Notes under the pieces: generated by a model
Told to the model about the DNA's origin: nothing
Seen by the model: only the letters and a program-made list of their open reading frames with translations
Database searches by the model: none
Program-made: the position numbers and the translations under genes
Part shown: positions 8,624 through 17,994 of the stretch, piece by piece
Position numbering within the stretch: the first letter of the stretch is position 1
Layout of the letters: the number at the start of each line of letters is the position of its first letter
Virus record (IMG/VR): IMGVR_UViG_3300048861_000178
Span: 128,001-192,000 of that record
Length of the DNA stretch: 64,000 nt
Direction: 5' to 3' (one strand)
DNA from: a virus
Taxonomy: Duplodnaviria > Caudoviricetes

Positions 8624-9220
8624 ATGGCAACCACACAAAACAGCAGCACCAATAAGACGCTGGTCTTCGCGCTCCTGGGCGTACTTGGCGTCATCGTCCT
8701 GGCCGTCATGGTGGTCGGCGGCACGCTAGTCGGCGCGTACAACTCCGGTAACCGTTTCGAGCAACACATCGACGCGGTCTACCAGAACAACCAGAACATC
8801 CTGTCCAACTACACGCAGAAGGTTCAGGAAGCCGCGCAGGTGACCGACATGCAGAAGTCGGACATCAAGGAAGTGATTACGGCGGCGCTCCAAAACCGCT
8901 ATGGCAAGGATGGCGCCAAAGCGGTGTTCCAGGCGATTCACGAACAGAACCCGCAGATCGACTCGAGCGTCTATCGCAAGCTCCAGGAAATCATCCAGGC
9001 AGGGCGCGATGAGTTTCAGAACAACCAGACGGCGCTCATCGATGCCACACGCTCCTACAAGACAGCACTCGGTTCATTCCCTGGTGGGGTGGCGATGCAT
9101 ATCGTCGGCTACCCGCATCTGGACCTGGACAAGTACAAGCCGCTCGTGGACGGGGACGTTTCGAAGCAATTTGCTACTGGCAAGTCGCACGCCGTTAATC
9201 TCCGACCCGCCTCGCAATAA
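8624..9220 (+). CDS. LemA-like membrane-anchored helical protein
   Basis: N-terminal TM, QAIHEQNPQI, YRKLQEII, YKTALGSFPG pattern. Confidence 0.7.
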   Translation: MATTQNSSTNKTLVFALLGVLGVIVLAVMVVGGTLVGAYNSGNRFEQHIDAVYQNNQNILSNYTQKVQEAAQVTDMQKSDIKEVITAALQNRYGKDGAKAVFQAIHEQNPQIDSSVYRKLQEIIQAGRDEFQNNQTALIDATRSYKTALGSFPGGVAMHIVGYPHLDLDKYKPLVDGDVSKQFATGKSHAVNLRPASQ

Positions 9221-9221
9221 C

Positions 9222-9416
9222 ATGCTGAACGATCCACTCAGTAAGCTTCGCGCCAAGCAACAGAAAGGCATCGAAGCGGCGGTACGGGACAAGCTCAAGC
9301 ATTCCAATCGCGATCCGCACAACGGCCCCATCATCCGCTTCGCCCTAGGGGTGATGGCGACGGTCGTTGCTATCTGTGGCGTAGTGGGCTACGCCATCTA
9401 CCACTTCATGAAGTAA
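9222..9416 (+). CDS. small membrane protein
   Basis: C-terminal TM; tiles between neighbours. Confidence 0.6.
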   Translation: MLNDPLSKLRAKQQKGIEAAVRDKLKHSNRDPHNGPIIRFALGVMATVVAICGVVGYAIYHFMK

Positions 9417-9428
9417 GAGGAGCACGTA

Positions 9429-9971
9429 GTGCGTATTCAGAATTGTGGCATGGAAACGCCGCTGGAGAAGCAATTCTTCACGCGGCTCTTGCTAGACATC
9501 GAGCGTCGTGAGCTGCCCGATTGCGGCCTCTATTTCACGAACGGTGCACTGCAGTGGAATGGCAAGCCCATCGAGACGCTCTCGTGCAAGCTGGCCGAAG
9601 AAGGTCGTGAGCTGCATGCGTTTGCCGCCGCCAAGCAAGGCGCGCCCAATGGCATCGTGCTGATGGTGGTCATGATGCTCAACGGTGAAGCCAAGTGGTC
9701 GCAAGAGTGGGCCGTGGACATGAAACGCATTGCCAATATCTCCTTCGAACTGGTCAAGCGTTTTCTCGAACTCACGGGTCACATCAAGACCGACCGTCAA
9801 GGCATCGAGCTGATGTATCCAGCCTATGGCCTGCGCGTACCGGAATTGGTGGTACCTGAGCCCAATACCATCGATCCGAACCGGGTCAAGTCCTACGCCA
9901 GCACGCCGCTACCGGATGTGCCTGAAGACGACGATCCTCAGTCCAACGAAGGCGCGCCTCATCCTGTGTGA
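9429..9971 (+). CDS. hypothetical protein
   Basis: GAGGAG SD, GTG start. Confidence 0.7.
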   Translation: MRIQNCGMETPLEKQFFTRLLLDIERRELPDCGLYFTNGALQWNGKPIETLSCKLAEEGRELHAFAAAKQGAPNGIVLMVVMMLNGEAKWSQEWAVDMKRIANISFELVKRFLELTGHIKTDRQGIELMYPAYGLRVPELVVPEPNTIDPNRVKSYASTPLPDVPEDDDPQSNEGAPHPV

Positions 9972-9990
9972 GGAAACAAGGAGCGCGAAT

Positions 9991-10416
9991 ATGGCAGCAG
10001 GTTTTTGGAGCAAGGTGCCGCGTGACGGCTCCTTGGTGGCAACCGATGTGGCAAGCTTTTGGAACGATCTGATTACGTACTCGGATCAGACCACGCTGAC
10101 AGGCTGGCAGGCACGGGACAGTTATTACCGTTTCGTCTCGTTTGCGCAGCGTAAGTTTGCTGAGCACAACCAGGTCTTAACGCCCGAGCAGTTCGTCATG
10201 TACTACACGAGTGATCCGTCGCTGGACCTCGCTGTGATTGCGTCGGCTGTCGCGTTGGATGCCACTGCGCTTAAGCAACCACGCTATGCACGGATGTCGT
10301 ACAAGCTCGATCCGACGAGCGGCATGATTGCGGACTTTGGTGTGCATCTGTTTTCCCGCTGGACCTTTGGCAGCGTAGGGGTGGTGCATCCTGCCCCGTC
10401 AGTACCCTACGAGTAA
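9991..10416 (+). CDS. hypothetical protein
   Basis: AAGGAG SD before ATG 9991. Confidence 0.7.
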   Translation: MAAGFWSKVPRDGSLVATDVASFWNDLITYSDQTTLTGWQARDSYYRFVSFAQRKFAEHNQVLTPEQFVMYYTSDPSLDLAVIASAVALDATALKQPRYARMSYKLDPTSGMIADFGVHLFSRWTFGSVGVVHPAPSVPYE

Positions 10417-10479
10417 CACCGAGAGGACCTTCGGGTCCTCTCTTATGCCGGTCAATTTTTTACCCTCAGCACTTATGAG

Positions 10480-11082
10480 ATGGCAAAAAATTTCGGAGCA
10501 GGTAGCATGATTGCAGTAACTCAAGAAGAAGCCGAGAAGATTAAATCCTGGATTGTGCGTGCTGCTAAGCTGCGCGCTAGGGATGTCGGCAAAGATCAAT
10601 ACACGCATCGCCAGTACCGCGACCAGATTACCCGCGAATACTACGGCATAAAACTCTACCGCGAGCTGTGCACTTATCTGAAGGAAGGCTTTTGCCCCAC
10701 ACGGATCAAAGCCAGTAAGAGCGGCGGTGTGTACGACTTGCGCTCGGTGCAAGGAGAAACCCATTCGTACCAGGAGATTTTGAATCTCCTAGGCCCCTTC
10801 TGTAAGAACGAGGCAACTCAGCTAAAACTCGCTCGCAAGATGGACGAGATGGGGGAGGTCCAGTTTGAAGGTATGGCGAACCTGCGAGCCCGCAACGCCG
10901 CCTGGCGGATCGGGCGTGACATCTTCGATCGTGTCTTTGTGGTGCTGTTTGACTTCCCTGCTGGCCAGCGTGTCACGCGCGAGCATCGTGCCTGCGCGCG
11001 CCTGAATCTGGATGTGACGGCCGCGGGACTCATTCGGGGCATGGAAATCTATCGGACCACCGTCCAGACTGAAGAGACTTAG
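10480..11082 (+). CDS. hypothetical protein
   Basis: 200-aa ORF flanked by hairpin elements. Confidence 0.65.
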   Translation: MAKNFGAGSMIAVTQEEAEKIKSWIVRAAKLRARDVGKDQYTHRQYRDQITREYYGIKLYRELCTYLKEGFCPTRIKASKSGGVYDLRSVQGETHSYQEILNLLGPFCKNEATQLKLARKMDEMGEVQFEGMANLRARNAAWRIGRDIFDRVFVVLFDFPAGQRVTREHRACARLNLDVTAAGLIRGMEIYRTTVQTEET

Positions 11083-11166
11083 CACGACGGGACTTCGGTC
11101 CCGTCTTTATGCCGGATAGTGTTTTTGACCGCACTGACCCATCAATTGAAATAGGGAGGAAGTACC

Positions 11167-11634
11167 ATGAAAATCGAACGCGCAGCGTTTTACAGTTGGG
11201 TCGAAGATAGGCTCTTGTACGAGCTCAAGCAGATCAAGAGCGAAGCGGTGAGTGCGTTGAAGCTCACCTATACGCACGTCGAAAGTCATCCGTGCCTGGT
11301 TATTCAGGCCACCGAGACGCAAGCCATTATCCGCATCTGGCAAACGAACGACGAGTGGGATGCGATCAAGATCGCCATCACTCGGGTAGCTAAAACATGG
11401 ACGACGCGCCAGGCCTTCTTCTTCCGAGTGCCGACACTCTCGCTCCCGGCCTGGGGTACGCACCATTTGGCTAAGTGGTTGGTGATCGTGGCGGAGCACA
11501 TCACTCGCGACGACACCGACGAAGTTTTCATGTCGAAGATGCGCGAACTCGTGGAACTCACGGAAAACGAATCGCCTGTTGCCGCGCAGTTCGGCGAGTT
11601 CGATCACTTCGATAACCGAGAGCAGTACGTTTAA
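11167..11634 (+). CDS. hypothetical protein (paralog of 11650)
   Basis: LAKWLV..DDTDEVFMSKMREL. Confidence 0.7.
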   Translation: MKIERAAFYSWVEDRLLYELKQIKSEAVSALKLTYTHVESHPCLVIQATETQAIIRIWQTNDEWDAIKIAITRVAKTWTTRQAFFFRVPTLSLPAWGTHHLAKWLVIVAEHITRDDTDEVFMSKMRELVELTENESPVAAQFGEFDHFDNREQYV

Positions 11635-11649
11635 ACAGGAGAGTACAGC

Positions 11650-12111
11650 ATGCAGATCCGCCAGTCCAGTCTGATTCAATTCGGTAATATCTTGGTCCGT
11701 AACATGGTCGCTGCGGGCGAGCAGGATCAGGATATGAAGTATTCGCTGGACTACATGCATTCGCGCTACGATAGCAAGAAGGTCTTGACTCTTATCTCGC
11801 CTGAGACTGGCGGGATGGTGCTCCTGGGTCACGAAGAGCCGCACGCGCCATTTACGATTACCATCACCGCTAATCGCGTGGTGCCGGGCGACACCCTCTG
11901 CTGGTGGGCGGAACTGCCGCAGATGGGAATTCGTCAGTCCCAGCGTTTTGCCCAGTGGCTGGTGGGCGTGTTTAAGATGTTGAGCTGGATGGATACCGAC
12001 GACCAGTTCAAAGACAAGATCAATCAGCTTTTTGAAGACTGCAAGCCACTCGAGATTCAGTTCGCGGCACGGCAGTTTAAAACTTTCCAACATCAGTTGT
12101 TCGACATCTAG
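11650..12111 (+). CDS. hypothetical protein (paralog of 11167)
   Basis: FAQWLV..MDTDDQFKDKINQL. Confidence 0.7.
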   Translation: MQIRQSSLIQFGNILVRNMVAAGEQDQDMKYSLDYMHSRYDSKKVLTLISPETGGMVLLGHEEPHAPFTITITANRVVPGDTLCWWAELPQMGIRQSQRFAQWLVGVFKMLSWMDTDDQFKDKINQLFEDCKPLEIQFAARQFKTFQHQLFDI

Positions 12112-12113
12112 CA

Positions 12114-12617
12114 ATGAACATTCAAAACGCACAAATCATCACGACCATGCACCGGTTGCTCACCGACTTGCAGCTGCGTCACATCGGGGGTGACCTCTTC
12201 GTGGAGTCGGCGATGCCGCCGATCCTCTCGCGTACGCCGTTGGGACCGAGCTTTATCCTCTTTGACATGGAGCGTCGTTTTGCGGTCTCCATTCAGGAGA
12301 AGATCGAGTTCTTGAACAACCGCTACCAGGTCACGGGCTTGCTCTTCTCGCCGATCATCTTCGCCGAAACCGCTTCGGTGCATACACCTGAGCCGAGCCG
12401 GGTGCTGTTGCTCAAGCACAGCGAAATCAAGGAGATGTCGCTTCTCACCGCGTACTGGTTCTTGCGCGCCAAGAGCGACATGGGCAAAAAGGCGGTCGAG
12501 CAGTTCCTGAAGACCACCTACGGCGACATCGCACCCGTGCAGTGGGGCAACATGGCCGAACCCATGGAAGACATGGAGCGGTTCCTGCGCACCCTCAAGG
12601 TTCCCGTCGCCGCTTAA
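12114..12617 (+). CDS. hypothetical protein
   Basis: ORF tiling. Confidence 0.7.
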   Translation: MNIQNAQIITTMHRLLTDLQLRHIGGDLFVESAMPPILSRTPLGPSFILFDMERRFAVSIQEKIEFLNNRYQVTGLLFSPIIFAETASVHTPEPSRVLLLKHSEIKEMSLLTAYWFLRAKSDMGKKAVEQFLKTTYGDIAPVQWGNMAEPMEDMERFLRTLKVPVAA

Positions 12618-12628
12618 GGAGAGTCGTG

Positions 12629-12991
12629 ATGTATGTGTTGCGTTTTAAGCGTCACAAGCGAAACCCCTTGTACCTGACTGTAGCGGAACATAGTCGGGAC
12701 TGGGATCTCACGGTACACGTGGGTCATGCACGGGCCTTCGGGTCAGTGGAAGCAGTTAAGCAGACCATCGAAGCGATTCAACGGCTCGTTATCCCGAAGG
12801 ACGTCTTCGCGTTCAATGAGCGCACGCTCTTTCTGATCCGACTCTTTGGATCGACCTGGGATGACCAGGTGGAAGGAATGCTGGTGGACATGGACGACGT
12901 TATCAAGGCCCAGGTTGTGCACACGCACGCGCTCACTGTCCAGGAGACCGTGCGCTTGCGCAATCCGATCTGGGAGACACACTACGCCTAG
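12629..12991 (+). CDS. hypothetical protein
   Basis: AAGGAG SD before ATG 12629. Confidence 0.65.
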   Translation: MYVLRFKRHKRNPLYLTVAEHSRDWDLTVHVGHARAFGSVEAVKQTIEAIQRLVIPKDVFAFNERTLFLIRLFGSTWDDQVEGMLVDMDDVIKAQVVHTHALTVQETVRLRNPIWETHYA

Positions 12992-13000
12992 GAGACAGCG

Positions 13001-13345
13001 ATGAGCCTGATGATGTACGTGAATGAGGAGATTGACGAGCGTCGTGGGCTAGAGTACATCCGTCGAAACTGTGTCAGTAGTGCCGTGTTTCATCAAGTGT
13101 TAGGTCATGTGTGGGCTGGTCAGTCCAAAGCGCGGGAATTCACTCCGCGCGGAGAACTTCACTTTGACATCGCGTTCGAGCTCGTTTACACCGGTAAAGA
13201 GAATCGCCGCATCGTTCGAGTGCGACAAGTGACTGCCCCGTCCACTCAGAAGCGTTTTACAGTACACCACCTTTCAACCTTTCTCATCACGCTCGATCCG
13301 CAAGGTTGTATTGATGGGGCGTACTTCGATAGTCTGAAAGATTAA
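13001..13345 (+). CDS. hypothetical protein
   Basis: AGGAG SD. Confidence 0.65.
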   Translation: MSLMMYVNEEIDERRGLEYIRRNCVSSAVFHQVLGHVWAGQSKAREFTPRGELHFDIAFELVYTGKENRRIVRVRQVTAPSTQKRFTVHHLSTFLITLDPQGCIDGAYFDSLKD

Positions 13346-13366
13346 CCGGCTTACCTCAGGAAGATC

Positions 13367-13723
13367 ATGCCAGTTAGAGAGACCAAAAGGTCCAAGAAAG
13401 TCATTATCGCCCTCGTCGTGGTACTGGTGGCGATAACGTTGTTGGCGATGAAGTATCACCGGTACACCCAGTTTAAGTATGCGGTGACGCATCAGTACGA
13501 CAGTGTGGAGGCGGTACTGTCGGATGTGGAGAAACTGGGTGGCCAATTGGTGCACTGCCAAAGGGGTGAGTGCCGTGATCGCAAGAGCGGCAAGCGCGTA
13601 GACGTGGAGGAGCCAAGCGATGGCAACTACATTGTCTATCCCCCTGAGGCGGACGTACCGGCAGAAGTGATTGAGCATCAGAGTGAGGAGATTCGGCGCC
13701 TCACCGCGAGTCGTCACCTATAG
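13367..13723 (+). CDS. membrane-anchored hypothetical protein
   Basis: N-terminal TM. Confidence 0.65.
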   Translation: MPVRETKRSKKVIIALVVVLVAITLLAMKYHRYTQFKYAVTHQYDSVEAVLSDVEKLGGQLVHCQRGECRDRKSGKRVDVEEPSDGNYIVYPPEADVPAEVIEHQSEEIRRLTASRHL

Positions 13724-13789
13724 ACTTAGAGGCGGGCCTACGGGCTCGCCTTTATGACGTCGATTCTTTTTTGGTTCGATCCTAGATTT

Positions 13790-13806
13790 TTTCAAGTATA
13801 TATTCC
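13790..13806 (+). promoter_or_regulatory. putative early promoter
   Basis: tttcaagta-TATATTCC. Confidence 0.45.
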
Positions 13807-13869
13807 GCGCATGAGTTCAAACCAGTATCGAACTCAAAACCCTCTACTAAATCCAACTAGGAGTTACAC

Positions 13870-14223
13870 GTGAGCAAATTCGAAATGGTCGTGACAGGTC
13901 TGATGGCGTACAGCTTTGCGTTCCACGTAGTCGTGTTGATGATCGGCGCGCTCGGACCGATGGAGCATCCGGCTACCGTTTGGTGTCGACGGGTGATGTT
14001 CATCGTCCCCACGCGGCGCATGTTGGAACTGTGGCAAGACATCGGGATTCCGCTGGCTTATTTTGCAGCTGCTGCGCTGCTGTTTCACTTCGGCTGGAAG
14101 GCAGCAGCCGTATTCACCTTCTTGGGTGCGATCGCTTGTCATGCACGTACCCTGCTGATGCGCATGAACCCGGCCCGCAACTTTAAACCGAAGCAACTGC
14201 ATCCGCTGTGCCACTGGATGTAA
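13870..14223 (+). CDS. small membrane protein
   Basis: 3 TM segments, AGGAG SD. Confidence 0.7.
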   Translation: MSKFEMVVTGLMAYSFAFHVVVLMIGALGPMEHPATVWCRRVMFIVPTRRMLELWQDIGIPLAYFAAAALLFHFGWKAAAVFTFLGAIACHARTLLMRMNPARNFKPKQLHPLCHWM

Positions 14224-14299
14224 GCGAGTAAGCATCAGGGGGCTTAGGCTCCCTGGTCTGGAATCTCTTTGAGCCCACCCAAAAGTGGATTGAAAAAGA

Positions 14300-14316
14300 T
14301 TTCAAACCTATATAAC
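14300..14316 (+). promoter_or_regulatory. putative early promoter
   Basis: tttcaaacc-TATATAAC. Confidence 0.45.
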
Positions 14317-14370
14317 CGACCTGAACTGAAGCAAATAGCTTCTACCCAAACACCTGAAAGGAGCGTCACC

Positions 14371-14715
14371 ATGTTTGCAGCTATCATTTTCGCCATCATC
14401 GTTGTTGTCATGTTCTTTCTGGCCTTCATCCAAATGGGCCAGCATATTCGCCACCTCGGCCGCACGAGCGCTGCCGAAGCGGTGATCAAGAAGTTCGACA
14501 ACAGCGTTTTCGTTTTCTTCGTGCTGTCGATTCTTTTCGTCGTGCTCGGCATCGCGGGCGTGAGCGCCGGTTCGTTCCTGGCGGTCCTGCCGCTGGTGTT
14601 CTTCTCAGCCACTGCTGAAGTCTTCGGTGCTGAGATCCTGATGCTGATCGAAGCCAAGTACGTACTCTGGTACGATGCGAAGTTTGCTAACCAAGCAATC
14701 GCAACGTCCGCCTAA
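14371..14715 (+). CDS. small membrane protein (TM-linker-2TM family)
   Basis: AAGGAG SD before ATG 14371. Confidence 0.75.
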   Translation: MFAAIIFAIIVVVMFFLAFIQMGQHIRHLGRTSAAEAVIKKFDNSVFVFFVLSILFVVLGIAGVSAGSFLAVLPLVFFSATAEVFGAEILMLIEAKYVLWYDAKFANQAIATSA

Positions 14716-14733
14716 CTCTTAAAGGACTCCATC

Positions 14734-14913
14734 GTGGAAATCCTCGGTTTCCTGTTGTTCCTGATGCTCATCATCTTGGCGATTCCCGTGAGCGTTTGGC
14801 TCACGTTCCAAGTCGCTTTCTTCATGATTCACCTCGCCGTGGATTACATCGACTACACCGCCACGATGCTGTTCCGTGATGGCGTCATCTACGATTCGAC
14901 CGCGGTCGCTTAA
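14734..14913 (+). CDS. 59-aa membrane peptide (not in ORF track)
   Basis: AAGGA SD, GTG start, MEILGFLLFLMLIILAIPV... Confidence 0.65.
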   Translation: MEILGFLLFLMLIILAIPVSVWLTFQVAFFMIHLAVDYIDYTATMLFRDGVIYDSTAVA

Positions 14914-14940
14914 GCCCGCAATTATTACAGGACAACAATC

Positions 14941-15318
14941 ATGATCGTCCTCTTTGCCCTCTTTGTCATCGCAGCGCTGCTGCTCGTGCTCTTCGCTTTT
15001 AACATGGAAGAAGCCAAGAAACTGCTGGCGGTGCAATCGCAGGAATTCTGCGAGTCGTACATCGAGATCAAGAAAGTGCGCCTGGCTGCGAAGGGTCTGT
15101 CGGTGCAGATCGACAACGATCCGCTGCCCGATGCGAGCTACTTCATGATTGCTGCCGCGCTCGCTCTGGTGTGTGCGATGGGTGGGTTCTCGCTCATCTC
15201 GCTTTTCTTCACCTTCTGCTTTGCCTGCTGCTTCGCGGATTTCCTGGAACAACTCAAGGACATCCACCTGATTCGCTTCTGGCAAACGGGTCGTGGCTTG
15301 AACGTCGCGGCTGCTTAA
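14941..15318 (+). CDS. small membrane protein (TM-linker-2TM family)
   Basis: hydrophobicity pattern, AGGA SD. Confidence 0.75.
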   Translation: MIVLFALFVIAALLLVLFAFNMEEAKKLLAVQSQEFCESYIEIKKVRLAAKGLSVQIDNDPLPDASYFMIAAALALVCAMGGFSLISLFFTFCFACCFADFLEQLKDIHLIRFWQTGRGLNVAAA

Positions 15319-15347
15319 CCCACCTCACTGATTACAAGGAACCCATC

Positions 15348-15713
15348 ATGTCCGTCGCTCTCTTCGTCGCAGTTATTGCTCTTCTCATCCTCGTCATCGG
15401 CACGATCAAAGCGCGTGGCGCGATCGCGGCGTACAAGAAGTTCCTGAAGAAGGACGTAGCCGAACAAGCACGCGAAATCGAGCGCACCAAAGAACGCCTC
15501 TCGGTAGCGGGTTCGATCGACTTCGATCTGGGCTTCGCCTCGTTCTTCTTTGTGTTCGGCGTGTTCCTCGGTCTGGTGGGCTTTTACGGCGCCGCTGCGC
15601 TGTGTGTCTGGTATGCGGGTGATGCGACCTCGGCGCTGATCCGCAAGCTGCTCATGCAGCGCGTCGTGCGTCACAATGACGCTGTGGATCAAGCAGGCGT
15701 GTACGCGTACTAA
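15348..15713 (+). CDS. small membrane protein (TM-linker-2TM family)
   Basis: AAGGA SD before ATG 15348. Confidence 0.75.
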   Translation: MSVALFVAVIALLILVIGTIKARGAIAAYKKFLKKDVAEQAREIERTKERLSVAGSIDFDLGFASFFFVFGVFLGLVGFYGAAALCVWYAGDATSALIRKLLMQRVVRHNDAVDQAGVYAY

Positions 15714-15747
15714 GTCACTCACTCTTTCGTTGGTCTAGGAGAACATC

Positions 15748-16125
15748 ATGGTCGCACTCGTCGTCTATTACTTTGTGGTCTACGTTATTCTCGCGGTGAT
15801 CTTTGCCTGGAGCGCCATCACGGCTCTCAATAAGTTCAAGAAGGCACCGATTCACAAGCGCGTGGTGGAGATCGCAGCAGCGAACGTCAAGATGGATCGC
15901 GAGCAATTGCGTGACCGTAAGTTCTCCCCGGAGTTTATGCGGGCCGCTGTGCTGTACGTCATCATGGGCCTAGTCCTCGCAGCAGGCTGGGCCTTCACGG
16001 CCGCGTTCATCGGCCTCTTTGCTGCAGGCTCGCTCGCGCGCGGTATCGAGCACGCCATCACGATGCACATCGCTGGCAAGAACGCCGTGCCGATGGATCT
16101 CGCAGCCGAAGCTGCGGTTGCTTAA
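15748..16125 (+). CDS. small membrane protein (TM-linker-2TM family)
   Basis: AGGAG SD. Confidence 0.75.
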   Translation: MVALVVYYFVVYVILAVIFAWSAITALNKFKKAPIHKRVVEIAAANVKMDREQLRDRKFSPEFMRAAVLYVIMGLVLAAGWAFTAAFIGLFAAGSLARGIEHAITMHIAGKNAVPMDLAAEAAVA

Positions 16126-16152
16126 CTTCACTCGACCCTAAGGAGGGTTATC

Positions 16153-16530
16153 ATGAAGCATATTTTCCGTGCCTTGAAAAAGGTAGTAGTGCGTGTCGCC
16201 ACCTGGCTGGGCTTGATCAAGTCCGAAGACGAAATGTCCAACGAAGAGCTCGCTCGTCGTTACGCCAGCGCCCAGAAGAACCTGGAGGACTACAACGTGA
16301 CGCGCCGTCCGTCAGTACTCACCACGTTGCTGCTCATGGTGCTCTTCGCAGGCGCCGTGTACGTCGAGCTGCATCTGCTCGCCATTTTCCTGGGACTGGC
16401 ACTGGTGTGCTGTCTTATCTCCTACGTGACGATTCAGAACTGGATCGATATTGCGGAGCGAGATGTCGACCATCAACCGAATGATCCCCCGGCCTGGCAC
16501 TGGCCGAAAGGGGAAGACTTCGCGCAGTAA
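16153..16530 (+). CDS. small membrane protein
   Basis: amphipathic N-terminus, 2 TM. Confidence 0.75.
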   Translation: MKHIFRALKKVVVRVATWLGLIKSEDEMSNEELARRYASAQKNLEDYNVTRRPSVLTTLLLMVLFAGAVYVELHLLAIFLGLALVCCLISYVTIQNWIDIAERDVDHQPNDPPAWHWPKGEDFAQ

Positions 16531-16587
16531 AACATCGGGGCGGTTATGAGACGCCCTTCATTCCACATCGCTTAAAGGAGAACACTC

Positions 16588-16923
16588 ATGTTCGAAACCC
16601 TCTTCATCGTTTTGCAAATCATCGGCATGATCTCGTTCGCCATGGGCGTGTGGTACAACTTCCACACCCGTTCGGCGAAGAACCCGAGCGTGGAGCGCGT
16701 GCGGGCTTTCTTCCACAACGCACAGAAGACCGCAGGCGAAAGCGAAATCTTGAATGCGGGTATCGTGGGCGCGGCGATCATCTCGCTCGTGCATGCGGAC
16801 TATCGCATCTTCGCTGCCGTCATGGGTTTCACGGTCGTGGTGGGCGCCGTGATGGTACTTAACCGTAAGCTGGGCGAGCTCAAGGACACGGCGTCCAAGA
16901 AGTTCGCCCGCTTCTCCTTCTAA
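16588..16923 (+). CDS. small membrane protein (TM-linker-2TM family)
   Basis: AAGGAG SD. Confidence 0.75.
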   Translation: MFETLFIVLQIIGMISFAMGVWYNFHTRSAKNPSVERVRAFFHNAQKTAGESEILNAGIVGAAIISLVHADYRIFAAVMGFTVVVGAVMVLNRKLGELKDTASKKFARFSF

Positions 16924-16932
16924 GGAGCCGAG

Positions 16933-16986
16933 ATGCGCAAGATTCTCTTTCTGGCAGCACTCATCTACATCTTGATCGTGATGTAA
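16933..16986 (+). CDS. 17-aa hydrophobic micropeptide MRKILFLAALIYILIVM
   Basis: TAAGGAG SD; fills the gap between genes. Confidence 0.5.
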   Translation: MRKILFLAALIYILIVM

Positions 16987-16988
16987 TC

Positions 16989-17183
16989 ATGGACAAGATG
17001 ACTGATCAAGAAGCGCTGGATATGCTCAATGCACCTGCCGATGAAGTCTACTGGTTTGCCAGCGCGAACGACAAACCAGCCTGGTACGGTGAAGCCGGTA
17101 AGGAAACCATCTCACTGGATGGTGACTTCACTCGTGAGCAACTCCTCGCAATTCTCCATTTCCACCCTAGCAATAAGGGGTAG
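16989..17183 (+). CDS. hypothetical protein
   Basis: ISLDGDFTREQL motif; tiling. Confidence 0.6.
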   Translation: MDKMTDQEALDMLNAPADEVYWFASANDKPAWYGEAGKETISLDGDFTREQLLAILHFHPSNKG

Positions 17184-17186
17184 GTC

Positions 17187-17273
17187 ATGGCCAAGAAACG
17201 TAGTGGCAAGTGGACCGTCTTTGTGGTTCTGACCTTGCTGGTCTGGTTTTCGCTGATGACTCGGCGACAGTAA
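17187..17273 (+). CDS. 28-aa membrane micropeptide MAKKRSGKWTVFVVLTLLVWFSLMTRRQ
   Basis: not in ORF track; similar to 32878-32967. Confidence 0.55.
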   Translation: MAKKRSGKWTVFVVLTLLVWFSLMTRRQ

Positions 17274-17345
17274 GCACGTCGCGTAAGAGCGTGCACCCCC
17301 GTAGTACAACAGGCAGTTACTTTAAACCGTTATAGGAGCTTTACC

Positions 17346-17552
17346 ATGAATCAAGCACTCGCAATCAAGATCGCAATCATCGCTGGTGGTGTTATCGGTG
17401 GCGCAGGCGTCGGCTTCGGTGGCTACAAGGGCATCCAGGCTCTGCGTCGCCGTAGCGCGGCAAAGAAGGCCGCCAAGACCATCGACTCGAAGATGTCGTC
17501 GGTCAAGGAAGCGGGCAACAGCGCGGGCGGCGCACAAGCCGCGGCGGCGTAA
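17346..17552 (+). CDS. small membrane-anchored basic protein
   Basis: AGGAG SD, Gly-rich TM. Confidence 0.7.
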   Translation: MNQALAIKIAIIAGGVIGGAGVGFGGYKGIQALRRRSAAKKAAKTIDSKMSSVKEAGNSAGGAQAAAA

Positions 17553-17647
17553 GCAGTAGTAGTTCAGTAGTCCTGTAGTACCCGCAGGGGAGTTCGGGCT
17601 CCCCTGCGTTTTCCATGAGTTGATCAATCTTTGTCAGGAGTCCTACC

Positions 17648-17986
17648 ATGTTGAACTTCATCCACGCTCACGTCGCTGAATTCGCTCTGTCAGGTGCGCT
17701 CGTCATCATGTTCGGTTACGTCATCTACCTGAACGTCTCCTACGCCAACGAGAAGAAGGCTGAGGCGCAACGACGCGACACTACGCCGATTCATTCGACC
17801 TGCGAACTGGACACCACGTTGCAACAACGTGAGCACGCGCAAAAGCTGATGGATGCTGCGATACAGACTTCGATGGCGATCGGCTCCTCGCTCTTTGCAG
17901 CAGGGCTCCAGCGTCTGTACCACGAACAGGCAGAACACTCGATCAGCCTGCCCCAGTCGGAAGCCGACTCCCCCACTCTTCACTAA
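17648..17986 (+). CDS. small membrane protein
   Basis: AGGAG SD, N-terminal TM. Confidence 0.7.
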   Translation: MLNFIHAHVAEFALSGALVIMFGYVIYLNVSYANEKKAEAQRRDTTPIHSTCELDTTLQQREHAQKLMDAAIQTSMAIGSSLFAAGLQRLYHEQAEHSISLPQSEADSPTLH

Positions 17987-17994
17987 ACGCTATT

